NCBI GenBank assembly: GCA_035221665.1
Contig: CM069132.1
Location: 156,364,001 to 156,428,000, forward strand
Length of the DNA stretch: 64,000 nucleotides
Direction: 5' to 3'
DNA from: Okamejei kenojei
Taxonomy: Eukaryota
Of this stretch, positions 52,170 through 64,000 are shown in pieces. The notes under the pieces were generated by a model, which did no database searches, was not told the DNA's origin, and saw nothing but the letters and a program-made list of their open reading frames with translations. Every line of letters starts with the position of its first letter. Position 1 is the first letter of the stretch. The position numbers and the translations under genes are program-made.

Positions 52170-53540
52170 ACTTTTTCTTTTTTTTGTTAAGTATTTTTAT
52201 TATAGAAACATAATAATAAAAAGTACATTATTTTGCATAGATGAAAATACATGATATTAATGATATATTCATACTGTTAATAATATTTGTATTATCATTG
52301 ATTTTAAAATTTGAGACTATATATTTTATATAATTGAAAATACATGATACTAATAATACATTCATGATATTAGTAATATTTATATTCTTATTAATATTAA
52401 AAATGTAAGATTATATGTTTCTATACATTTTTCTGATTTTTTTTTTAAAGTAAGAAAAGATAGAGAAAAAGAGTATAAGAAATATGATGGTGAATGGAGT
52501 GTTAATCATTAATCCGTCCTTGGAGATATAGTCATGATTTATTATATATGTTTCTTCATCCATTCTAATATTCAGGCCTCAGTCAAGCCCTCGTGCCGAG
52601 CCATTATGACCCTGTAAATATTTAATAAATGGAGACCAAATCTCTCTGAAGAGATCTAACCTGTCCATTAAGACAAGCCTCAATCTCTCCAGATGAAGTG
52701 TCTCCGACATTTCTATGTTCCACATTTTGATTGTTGGGGATATAGGGCCTTTCCAAAATTTTAATATTAATTTTTTCCCAATTATTAACCCATAATCAAT
52801 AAAAATTCTTTGATTCATTGTTACTAATTGGTCTGTTTCTAGTATTCCAAGTATTATTAACTTTGGATCAGGAGTCAGAATTATATTGACAACATTCGAA
52901 ATTATCTTAAATATTTAAATCCAGAATTTTGTAATTTTTATACAGTTAGTAAATGAATGTGACAAATTTGCTTCTAAATGTTGACATTTATCACATATGG
53001 GGGATACTTTTGGAAAGATGTTATGTAATTTAGATTTGGAATAATGCAATCTATGTAGTATTTTAAACTGTATAAGGGAATGTTTAGCATTTAACGAACA
53101 ATGATGTGTATGTTGTAAACTTTCATCCCATAGTTCTGGCCTTATAATTTGGCCTAGTTCATTTTCCCCAAGACTGTCTATATATTTCTGTTGATGGAAC
53201 ATCACTTTTCCAATAGAATATTGTATTTATTTATTTGAATTCATTTTTTCTGTATTTGGGATGTTTATTTAAGCATTCATCTAGATTTGTTTATTTCTCG
53301 AGTCTTTTTTCTAATTTCAGGGATAAGTTGCTTTTGTGTATTTGCAGTTCTCAAACATATTTCTGATTTGTAAATAAATCTAAAATATTCTTTGATAGTG
53401 TGTGGCCGAGTCCCACGGTATGTAATAAATTTGTACTTCCCGAGTTAACTCTTGAAATGAAAGGAAAGAGTTTTCCTTAAAAAAAGATCTCCCATCTTAG
53501 TAATTCCCTTATTTTTCTGATTAAAAGTAGCAGAGATAGA
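52170..53540 (-). mobile_element. L1-clade LINE 3' fragment
   Basis: CSLNAKHSLIQFKILHRLH...CDKC...H zinc-knuckle region; A-rich tail. Confidence 0.75.
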
Positions 53541-55078
53541 CGGCACAACACTTGCACACAGAGATAGACAAGAGGGAGAGACTCACACACACACACACAC
53601 AGCACTGCCACCACTGAGCAGCTCGGGTGACCCGACAGCAGACACACACACACACACACCACACACACACACAGAGATGCTAAATACACACAGACAGCAG
53701 CTGCCACCACTTCAGAGGAATTAAGCAGCGCGGGTGACTGACAGTACATCAGAGATGACACACACACCACACACACACAGAGATTCACACCACACACACA
53801 AATGAGGAGAAACTTCAAGGAATAGCTCAGGTAGATCTCAGCGGACATGGGCAGCATCCTCAATAGAAGACCCTTCTTTCAGACTTTACCCGAAATGCCA
53901 CCCATATGCTGCCTGTCCCCGCCGAGTTTACTCCAGCGTGTGAACCACATCTGCTCGGCCCCGGGGGGGTGGATTGGACACATGTCTTTAAGCCGTTCAT
54001 TGACAGTGACTGGCAGAAAGGCCGAAGATAGACACGAAATGCTGGAGTAACTCTGCTGCATGGAGCTCTGAAGAAGGGTCTGACTCTATTCCTTCTCTAA
54101 TTGCTGCCTGTCCGCTGAGTTATTCATTTTGTGTCTATCTTTGGTTCAGTCCTGAGTTCCCACGGTACACTCACGAGACACTAAGATTAAACGCACGGGG
54201 GCCACTACTTCGATTGTTTTCATTTTACACTTCGTGATGTTTGATTTTTTTTTAACAAGTTTCCCGAGTAAGCGCCACGAGCAAAGACGGCTACGTGACG
54301 ATGAAAACTTTGCACAGTGGGTTTAAGGCACGTGTCACTTTCTATTGAGACTTTAAGCCTTTGGTAGTTAAGTTCAGAATGGAATTTCATCAGTGTTCCA
54401 GATGTTACATGACATCTGTGGATGCAGCCGCACTTTCACATCACTATATAGACATGAATTGCCTGTCTTTGACTAGTGGGTCGTGGAGCTCAGATGAACA
54501 TTCTACAGTCAGTATGACATGAAGAATAAAACCCGAACAGGGCCCATTAAGTCAAGTACTTATCTTCAATTGTCAAATCCCGCGAATTATATGGATTACA
54601 CCATGGCCTGGTTCGGCAACTTGAACATCCAGGAGCGGAAAATACTGCAAAAAGCTGTGAGCACTAGCCCATTCCTTAACCGGCTCTGACCCCCCATCAT
54701 CAAAGGGATGTATCAGAGTCGCTGCCTCAATAAGGCAGCCAACATCAGAGACTCACACCACCCTGGCCACACACTCATCTCACCACAGCCATCAGGAAGA
54801 AGGTGCAGGAGCCTGAGAACTGTCACTTCCAGGTTCAAGAACAGCTGCTTCCCTACAACCACCAGGCTATTAAACACTACAACCTCATATGCTCTGAACT
54901 ACAATAGATTATTATTATTATTATTATTATTATAGCACTGTTATTGTTTGTTTCGAGTATGTGTGCGGGTATAGATGCAAACATTTCATTGTTCTATCTG
55001 GGACATATGACAATAAAACATTCTTGACTCTCGACTCTCAACTCCACCCTCGGCCTCGCGGTGCACCCCAACACGAAC

Positions 55079-55366
55079 CTGGTACTTTCACTTTATACTC
55101 TTTTTGGTCGTGCTGAACCACACAGAAGATGTCGCCTCCCCCTGCCTCGATGATGGTTAACTCACTGCTCCGGGTGTAAGTTCCCAACTTACTGAACACT
55201 GCCGGGTAGTCCTTCACTCCAGTGGTCATTTGTTTATCATCTTTTTTCCAAGAAATACTGGCGCACGCAGGGGAAATAGCCCAACGCCAACCACAGGTGA
55301 ACGGACCACTGGAGCCGTGATCCTCGCAGGTGAAGAGAATGAAGGGGCTGGGCGAGGATGCAGCCG
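55079..55366 (-). CDS. IGHM: IgH CH1 exon (open, 288 nt, with a locally frameshifted B strand)
   Basis: ccttgcag|AAASSPSPFILFTCEDHGSSGPFTCGWRWAISPACASISWKKDD...YPAVFSKLGTYTRSSELT...IFCVVQH...VP|gttcgt. Confidence 0.88.
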
Positions 55367-55719
55367 CTGCAAGGCAAAGGCTACATGAATGTTAAACTCT
55401 CTCTCTTGCTCGTTTTGCAAAATGTTCAGTGCGAGGAATCATTATACAGCAATTCATTACGCAGTTTTCTATTTCATGCAACTTCACCCGAGTATCATAA
55501 ACTATTAGTTAATCATTCCGCCTTGATCCCTCCTTTGAAACATTGCCCTGAAAACTTCTTGGGGTGCCAATATCTGGCAGTTACTGTCAAATGAATGCAC
55601 AATTTTGAGTTGGAAATATATCGATAGGCCTCCAGTATTAATTACTGTAAAATTCCCAGGGTTTCTCAGGAATGCTCAATACTCAGTGGCTATAACTAAC
55701 GTTGGCCTATGGTTACAAT

Positions 55720-56095
55720 CTCACCAAACTCCTTGTTGCGACTGGGGATGATGGAACAAGGGCGGAACTGCCGGATGCAGTGTAGACGCATGAGAGCCTC
55801 GTCTATGGTAAACGTGGGGAATACCCGCTCCCTAAAGAATGAGGACCTCGGATATCCTGGTATGGAACAACTCATCTTGGTTGTGCGGAAACGGATGAAT
55901 TTGGGAGTAGGGCATAGAGTCTTTGCGGAGGCAAGGTTGGAAGAGGTGTATTCCTGATAGCTGTGGGAGTCCGTAGATTTGTAATTTATGTCAGTCGATA
56001 GTCTATCTCCTGCTATGGAGATGGTGAGATCAACAAAGGGGAGGTATGTGTCGGGGATAGATTCAGTGAATTTGATCGTATGGTCAAAGTTTGCA
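55720..56095 (-). mobile_element. Penelope-like fragment
   Basis: LPFVDLTISIAGDRLSTDINYKSTDSHSY. Confidence 0.8.
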
Positions 56096-56113
56096 GACAA
56101 CGAGGCCGATGAG

Positions 56114-56338
56114 ATTTGCATGGGTACAGGACGAAGAGTTTGGGGAATCGGCCAGTCTGGGTCAGGGGTTCGTCCATGTACCAACTAAATGGAAATTGGT
56201 GAAATTACGTGCAATGTTGGAAAGAACATTTTCTCTGCTATTTGAATTATAGAACAGGTATCCCACTAATCCGTGAACAGAGTGGGAATTCAATGGTTCA
56301 AAGGAGGGTTTGACTGACGTTCAAAATTACATTTGCAT
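56114..56338. promoter_or_regulatory. Two perfect octamer motifs in the J-CH1 intron (candidate enhancer)
   Basis: ATTTGCAT at 56114-56121 and 56331-56338; TGACGT near 56315. Confidence 0.35.
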
Positions 56339-58524
56339 TTATTTAATTAAAATTAAATAATTTAGGTAGGTTTCGCTTGGGACACTGAGAGTGCCCATGG
56401 CTAAACTTTTGATTTGGAGGAAGAGGGAAGAGTTTTTGTTTTATAAATGGTTCAGAGATTATCCGATAAAATCACAGAAAATGGAAGGATAACTGTGGTT
56501 TTCCATATCGGGATCCCGAACATAATTAGGGAGAAAACAAAAATAAACAATCACAATCTTGTTCGTGAAATTTGGCCTTAAATGTGTCCATCAAACGAAA
56601 CCAACTAAAGGGGTGGATGGGATTGAAATGGTAGCTCTTATTTAACGATAAATAACACACTTAAAATGTCACTTTTTTACTGTATTTTGTTGTCCATCAC
56701 TCACGAATATATACCGATCATTTGTATGCCGACAGTAATTGCAAGTAAATTCCGAAAAGCAAACCAGCCGACAAGAACATTACATTCATACCAGATTAAA
56801 AACATGTATGAGATTGCATTGGTAAGGATTAAAAAGAACTCTCTCAATATAATATCCGAATTAATAATACCCTGTTTTATAATTAAAATTAAAAGTAGCG
56901 GAGTCAGGGGATATGGGGAGAAGGCAGGAACGGAGCACTGATTGGGGATGATCAGCCATGATCACATTAAATGGCGGTGCTGGCTCGAGGACTGAATGAC
57001 CTACTCCTGCCCCTATTGTCTATTGTCTAAAATAGCAGAGAAATTTGTTTCCAATATTCCATTTCCCAATTTTTCATTTTTTTACCGTAACTGTTCGTAA
57101 AACTGACATTTTTCATTAGCAATTTACTAAATAGAGGAACATTTTATGCTTAAATGACATTGGGAGCCAGAGACAAACACGAAATCAAATTCTCTTACTA
57201 ATAAATCCATGGATTAAAAGCCATTCCCAAACTACAGCTGTTCCGAAATCTCCCCATTTTACATTCAACGCATTTTCCAAATGGGTAAACTCGTGATCTT
57301 TGACAGAAAACAGAGAAATTGGGTTAGGCAGCAACTGTGGAAAGAGAAAACAATCATTTTCCAGGTCGACTATCGTTGGGAGAATTCAGTTTCGATCAGA
57401 GATATAGCATAGAAATAGATCCTTCTGCCAACCAAATCCACCGCGACACACAAGTTCCACGTTATCGCACTATCGCATCCTCCCCCGACCCACCAGGGTC
57501 AATCACCCAGGTCAATTAACCTGCAATCTTTTGGGTTGTGGGAGGAAAGCAGAGCACCAGTAAGAAACCACAGGGAGAACGCATAGTCTACACCTGATTT
57601 CAGGAACGAAGTTGGGTTTCTGGCGCTACCAGTTGTCATCCGGCTCCCCTCTATGGATTTGTCTTTCGCCACATGCAGCGTGATCCTCTGGGTATTTGCA
57701 ACATTTACTGTTCCTATTTTATGATTTCTAGTAATTTCTTCTTATTTTTAAACATATATCTTCTTTGCGTTTATTGAAATAACCTAATCCGACAACAATA
57801 ATACAACAGCAATACCAGGTCGCTGCCATTCGAATTGAAGGTACAAACACGTCAAATAGCGCAACAATATAGTCTCCAGCAATGACCGGCTGGATCATAC
57901 TGCCAATGGGATGAATCGCATAACACACATTTGCTGAAACTCTTCACAAAAATCCAAATATCTCTGTCCAAAGACCACCGAAATTAATTGTTCCAATGAC
58001 CACAGAGCCAATCATTGTTGAAATAAAGATGAATAACACAATACATGTGGATTACACAAATACCATTTCCATATAATGTGAATTTCCTTCAGTTCCCCCG
58101 TCACCCTAGTTCCTCTGTCCCCTAATACACCCGGTACATTGTCATTCTATAGATCGTGTTTAATGGATTTGCTTACTTTGCTTTGCTGTATCATTGGTTC
58201 ACACGGCCAACTCATTGTACTTCGAGATAGACGAAAAAAGTTGGAGTAACTCAGCGGGACAGGCAGAGTTACTCCAGCTTTGTGTCAATCGTCAGCATAA
58301 ATCAGCATCCACAGTTCCTTCCTACTCATTGTACTTCAAGATATATCACTGCGCAATTAACCCTGACGCTGAACCTTGCACTTCTGTGTTTTGCTGCAAG
58401 ACATTAGTACTTCTTCCATGCAAGTTTTGTTATCGATTGGATTAAAGGTGGCAAGGCGATTCCACCAATTAATACATACACTTTAAAAACTTGAAAATGT
58501 TACAACCAGGATTTATCCGTTTCT

Positions 58525-60714
58525 TACCTTTGTCCCCCTCCATCCCCACCTCAATGAGTTCCGCGCCCACCACGACTTGGAGCTCTTCTACCGTCGCCTC
58601 CACCTCATAGCGTTCTTCCACGGGAAGAAGTCCTCGCCCCCCACTGATGATCCCTTTTCCTGTCTCCAACGTACCCCCTCCACTTGGACCCCCCCACCCC
58701 CCCTCGTAGCCTTCCAGCTCTAGACTATTTATCCAGAACTGCCGTCGGGACATCAACCACCTCGACTTCTCCACTCCCCTGTCTCACTCCAATCTCTCCA
58801 CCCCCGAACGTACTGCCATCGACTCACTCCGTAACAACCCAGACTGGGTTATCAAACCCGCCGACAAGGGAGGTGCCGTGGTAGTCTGGCGCGTCGATCT
58901 ATACAAAGCGGAGGCCGCGCGCCAACTCTCGGACACCTCCTCCTACTACTTACCCCTGAACCATGACCCCACTGACGAACACCAGGCCACCATCTCGAGC
59001 ACCATAAACGACTTCATCAGCTCTGGCTCCCTAGCCCCCCCCCCCCCCCCCCCCCCGAGCCTCCAACCTCATCGTTTCCCAGCCCCGCACGGCCCGATTT
59101 TACCTTCTCCCCAAAATCCACAAACCCGACTGCCCTGGCAGACACATTATCTCTGCCTGTTCATGCCCCACCAAACACATTTCCACATACCTTGACGCCA
59201 TCCTATCCCCCTTTGTTAAATCCCTCCCCACCTATGTTCAAGACACCTCAGACACTCTCCGTCGGCTCCGCGCATTTCATTCTCCAGGCCCCCATCCTCT
59301 CATCTTTACCATGGACGTCCAGTCACTCTACACCTCCATCCCCCACCAGGACGGTCTCAAAGCCCTCCGGTTCTTCCTCGACCAGAGGAGCAACCCATAC
59401 CCGTCCACTGACACCCTCCTCTGCCTAGCGGAGTTGGTCCTTACCCTCAATAACTTCTCTTTTGACTCCTCCCATTTCCTCCAAACACAAGGCGTAGCTA
59501 TGGGCTCACACGTGGGCCCCAGCTATGCTTGCCTCTTTGTCGGGTACATCGAACAACCCTTGTTCTTGGCGTACCAGGGCCCCATCCCCGACCTCTACCT
59601 CCGTTACATCGATGACTGCTTTGGTGTCACCTCCTGCACCCACACACAACTGACTGACTTCATCCATTTCACCACCAACTTCCATCCGGCACTCAAATAC
59701 ACTTGGACCATTTCCGACATTTCCCTACCATTCCTTGACCTCACCATCTCTATTGCAGGTGATACACTCCTGATCGACATCCACTACAAACCAACTGACT
59801 CCCACAGCTACCTGGACTACTCTTCCTCCCACCCTGCTTCCTGTAAGGACTCCATCCCCTATTCCTCCGTCTACGCCGCATCTGCTCCCAGGATGAGGTG
59901 TTCCACACCAGGTCATCACAAATGGCCTCATTCTTCAGAGAACGATTCCCCTCCCCCACTATTGATGAGGCTCGCACCAGGGTCTCCTCCATACCCCGCA
60001 ACACTGCCCTCTCTCCCCATTCCCCCACTCGCAAACAGGGCAGAGTCCTTCTGGTGCTCACCTTTCACCCCACCAGCCGCTAAATACAAAACATAGTCCT
60101 CCTCCAGTTTCGCCACCTCCATCGTGACCCCTCCACCCGCCACATCTTCCCATCTCCCCCCCCCCCCGTCTGCCTTCTCAAAGACCGCTCCCTCCGCAAC
60201 TCCCTTGTCAATTCTTCCCTTCCCGCTCTACCCCTTCCCCGGGCACTTTCCCTTGCAACCGCAAGAAATGCTACACTTGTCCCTTCACCTCCCCCCTCCA
60301 CTCCTTTCAGGGACCCAAGCAGTCCTTCCAGGTCCGACAGAGGTTCACCTACACCTCCTCCAACCTCATCTACTGCATCCGCTGCTCCAGATGCCAGATG
60401 ATCTATATCGGTGAGACCAAGCGGAGGCTTGGCGATCGTTTCGCCGAACACCTCCGCTCGGTCCGCAAAAACCAACCCGACCTCCCGGTGGCTCAGCACT
60501 TCAACTCCCCCTCCCATTCCGTATCCGACCTCTCGGTCCTGGGCCTCCTCCATGACCAGAGTGAGCAACACCGCAAGTTGGAGGAACAGCACCTCATATT
60601 CCGCTTGGGGAGTCTGCATCCTCTGGGCTTGAACATTGAATTTTCTCAATTCTGTTAACCTTTGTTGTCTCCTCCCCTTCCCACCTCTCCCTCAGCCCTC
60701 GGGCCCTGGCATTC

Positions 60715-60750
<36 letters not shown>

Positions 60751-61010
60751 CCTCCCCCACCCTAGTCGCACTAGCTTCTCATTTTCACACCACAAACAGC
60801 TTACAATGGCTTGTTCCCTTTATCATCGATACTTTTTTGCATATCTTTCATTCATTGTTCTTTATCTCTCCACATCACCGTCTACATCTCTCGTTTCCCT
60901 GATCCCTGAGCAGTCTGAAGAAGGGTCTCGACCCGAAACGTCGCCTATCTCCTTCGCTCCTTAGATGCTGCTGCACCCACTGAGTTTCTCCAGCCTTTTG
61001 TGTACCCTTT
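58525..61010 (+). mobile_element. Penelope-like element, largely complete (RT + GIY-YIG + pLTR)
   Basis: IKPADKGG, MDVQSLYT, RYIDD, and IYCIRC...IYIGETKRRLGDRFAEH motifs. Confidence 0.92.
60912..60945 (+). ncRNA. Minimal hammerhead ribozyme core in the Penelope pLTR
   Basis: CTGAAGA-A-GGGTC-TC-GACCC-GAAAC-GTC; hammerhead motifs are an established feature of Penelope-like elements. Confidence 0.65.
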
Positions 61011-61405
61011 ATCCGTTTCTGTCGTTTGTTTCATACGCGCTGATAAGAAACAAACTGAGACGAAGTACCTGCTGTTGATCAGAAAATACAGTTCGATGCA
61101 TCGCAGATCAAGGACCACAACAATCTCAAACAATTAGAAAGCACAGTGAAAGCAAATTGATGCACATTTTTCCACTAATTAGGAACTAAACCGCATCCGT
61201 TTCATAGTCAAAGGATCGAAAGTCATAGCACATAAGGCAAGTTTAAATCTGGAGCGGAATCACATAACATTCTAAAGCAACATCGATCCAACATTGCAAT
61301 GAATGGGTAATTAATGTAGAAGAACAATTTAATACAATTATTGGAAATATCGAGTAAGATTACAACTGGATACATTTAGATACTGAATAGGATGAAGTTT
61401 CTTAC

Positions 61406-61732
61406 CGCTGGTTACCGTCAATATGGTGCCTCCTCCCCAGTAATAGACAGCGGTGTCTTCGATCCTCAGGTTCCTGGCGATCGCGGTGAACATATTATTC
61501 GAATTGTCTTTGGACGGAGTAAATCGGCTCAATATCCCCGGAGCGATGTTCTTGTTAGCAGAATTGTAGTAGCGAAGCAGGCACTCCAGCCCCTGCCCGG
61601 GGACCTGACGGACCAAAGACATCCAGTAGCTGCGAAAATCGAACCCGCTGGTTTTGCAGGTCAGTGCGATGGAGCCTCCAGGACGGGCGGTCCCTGTCTT
61701 GGGCTGAGTTAGAACGACATCGGAATGGACGC
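61406..61732 (-). CDS. Germline-joined VH-JH exon, in frame, with no CDR3
   Basis: aacttgcag|RVHS-DVVLTQPKTGTARPGGSIALTCKTSGFDFRSYWMSLVRQVPGQGLECLLRYY...NLRIEDTAVYY-WGGGTILTVTS|gtaaga; 327 nt, no stop codon. Confidence 0.95.
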
Positions 61733-61897
61733 CTGCAAGTTAAAAAAGGCATGAATGGTGGGGACAAATTATCGACCATTGATCCCCGACTCTTATTATT
61801 AATAGGAAATAAATTGGGAGGGTCCTAGAGTGGGTAGAAGGGGAATGGTGCAGTGGATATACCACTGAGAAACTTGCGTGTCCAGCTCATTACTCAC

Positions 61898-61943
61898 GGA
61901 CTATTAACGCCAGGAACAGATTCAGTGAAACCACCGACCTCAT
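61898..61943 (-). CDS. IgH leader exon
   Basis: ATG...MRSVVSLNLFLALIV+C|gtgagt; 46 nt, phase 1; 165-nt intron to the V exon. Confidence 0.92.
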
Positions 61944-63202
61944 CCCGCTGGGAATTGTGACCCGGTTGTTTCTGTATAGAACCTCGCAACAAACCAACTG
62001 CAATGAAGTTGGATTTCGGACCCTCTCAGGGAGAATTAAATATCCGGCAAAAGAGGGTGCGGCTTTGGGCGGGACCTGTAAACCGAGTGGTGCAGCGGGC
62101 GGAGCTGAGACTCGGCTCCCAACTCAACAGCAAGATGGGCTCACGCTTTCACATCTATTAACTGATACAGATGCACAAGAGGTTAATAAAACAGCGTGCT
62201 TTTCCGCCCCTTACACAATATAAACTCATGGTATAGTTGTAAATAAAATGGTTTCAGATTGGTTTCATAGTGCAGTTTTTTCGTAAAATATGTTCGGAAT
62301 TTCTCAAATTTATATTAATATGCTTCTGGGTGTGCGTGTGCTTGCGTGTGTGAGAGGGGGAGCGAGGAGAGGTGAGAAAAAATATTTGAACAAGAAAGAC
62401 AGGCAGACAGACCTGCCTTCATTGTTAGGTGGACACAAAATGCTGGAGAAACTCAGCGGGACAGGCAGCATCTCTGGAGAGAAGGAATGTGTGACGTTTT
62501 GGGTCGAGATCCTCCTTCAGACCTCCAGAGATACTGCCTGTCCCGCTGAGTTACTCCAGCATTTTGTTTCGAGCTTCGATTTAAAGCAGCATCTACAGTT
62601 CTTTCCTACACATTCGTTGTTATCAACATGAGCCGTTCGAACAATATTGGGACTGTCCATCCCAATATCAAGATACATTTATTTGACACATGTACCAGTT
62701 TGGACAGTGAAATGTGTGGTCACCATACAGCCATACAGATACAATGTCAATATCGAGATTGGTTGCATAAAAGGCAGTAGGGGAAATTGATAACAAAGCA
62801 AACATAAAATTATATTAAAATGTCATTAAGAGAGCGGAAGGAAATTAATGGATGGCATAATGCAGGAGGGGAATTTAGATCTGTGGAGTGATTGGAGAAA
62901 TTATCGGCATTAGGGATGATTCATTTGGTGTTGGATTTCAGATGCTGCTTCCAAAGAGCAAAGTGGAATGAAGGCACATTCTAACTATCCAACAAATATG
63001 CACATTCTGAGCATATTTGTTGGATAGTGTTTCAATGATTCAGACTGCACGGGTTGGGTGGATGGTGTGATCTAATAGAGATATCTGAAGAAGAATCCAC
63101 TAGAGTTATCGGAGGGGATAGATAGAAACAGCAGTTAACCGATTAGTGAGGAAAACACGAGGAGTGTCGAACATTTCGACACTCCTTCAACAAAAAAAAA
63201 AA

Positions 63203-64000
63203 AGATTCTGATAAGGGAGGGAGAGGAGCCTGATGTTGTGGTACACATAGGTACCAATGACATAGGCAGAAAAATTGACGAGGTCCTGAAGGGAGAATTT
63301 AGGGAGTTGGGGGGAAAGTTAAGACCAAAGACCAAAAGGGTAACGATTTCAGGATTACTGCCTGTGCCGCGTGACAGTGAGAGTAGGAATGGAATGAGGT
63401 GGAGGATAAATGTGTGGCTGAGGGACTGGTGCAGTGGGCAGGGATTCAAGTTTCTTGATCACTGGGACCTCTTTTGGGGAAGGCATGATCTGTACGCAGA
63501 GGACGGGTTGCACTTGAACCTGAAGGGGACCAATATCCTGGCAGGGAGATTTGCAAAGGCTACTGGGGAGACTTTAAACTAGAAAGGCTGGGGGGAGGGA
63601 CTCGGGTAGAGGGGGCTAGGGGTCAGGGTGTGGGGCAAGAGCAGAGAAGGGAAGCACTCGGACCCAAAATGTAGGCGAGAAAGATGAAAAAGATAATAGA
63701 CAGAGAATAAGGGATGGTGGGTTTCTAAAATGTGTATATTTTAATGCTAGGAGCATTGTAAGTAAGGTGGATGAACTTAGAGCCTGGATTGACACCTGGA
63801 AATATGATGTTGTGGCAATCAATGAAACATGGTTGCAGGAGGGCTGTGATTGGAAACTAAATATTCCAGGATTTCGTTGCTTCAGGTGTGATAGAATTGG
63901 AGGGACCAGAGGGGGAGGTGTTGCATTGCTTGTCAGAGAAGATATTACAGCAGTGCTTTGGCAGGATAGATTAGAGGGCTCATCTAGGGAGGCTATTTGG
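63203..64000 (+). mobile_element. CR1 LINE (ORF1 esterase end and start of ORF2 endonuclease), runs off the window
   Basis: VHIGTNDI...DGLHLN; FNARSIVSK, INETW and GGGVALLV motifs. Confidence 0.9.

Larger units (their letters stand above)
36138..61943 (-). pseudogene. IGHM: Germline-joined immunoglobulin heavy-chain cluster, IgM (mu) type; probable pseudogene
   Basis: Seven exons in the expected order with GT-AG sites and Ig phase pattern; C domains and TM resemble chondrichthyan mu chains from memory; lesions in V, CH1, CH2 and TM1; no CH4. Confidence 0.8.

Noticed and set aside
61142-61180. CACAGTG heptamer near the J donor as a possible RSS
   Set aside because: No nonamer at 12- or 22/23-bp spacing, and it is on the wrong side of J.
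36138-61943. IgW/IgNAR assignment of the cluster
   Set aside because: CH2, CH3 (LPPPVEQ..TVTLTC.VS.APYG) and TM (DNIWTTASTFI) fit chondrichthyan mu better, from memory; a BLAST search would settle it.

Overview
This is vertebrate genomic DNA, most likely from a cartilaginous fish (skate/ray-like repeat complement and Ig sequences). It is dominated by CR1, Penelope, L1-type and Rex1-type LINEs, Gypsy and DIRS fragments, and satellites, with a 500-N gap at 16820-17319 flanked by indel-rich, low-quality sequence. The main host feature is one immunoglobulin heavy-chain cluster of IgM type on the minus strand (~36.1-61.9 kb): leader, V-J exon, CH1, CH2, CH3, TM1 and TM2. Its V and J are already fused in frame in the genome with no RSS, no D and no CDR3. 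The join sits on a shared TACTG pentamer and removes the second canonical Cys. CH1 stays open through two compensating frameshifts, CH2 is disrupted, CH3 is intact, and no CH4/secretory exon was found. TM1 is frameshifted, so TM1+TM2 would encode a hydrophilic tail ending in Cys. The default reading is a pseudogene, but a CH2-skipped transcript would be open from start to stop. Also present: a Gypsy element with a self-priming-type PBS, a ~124-bp spacerless palindrome, and two exons of an unidentified gene at the left end. All family assignments come from remembered motifs, not database searches.
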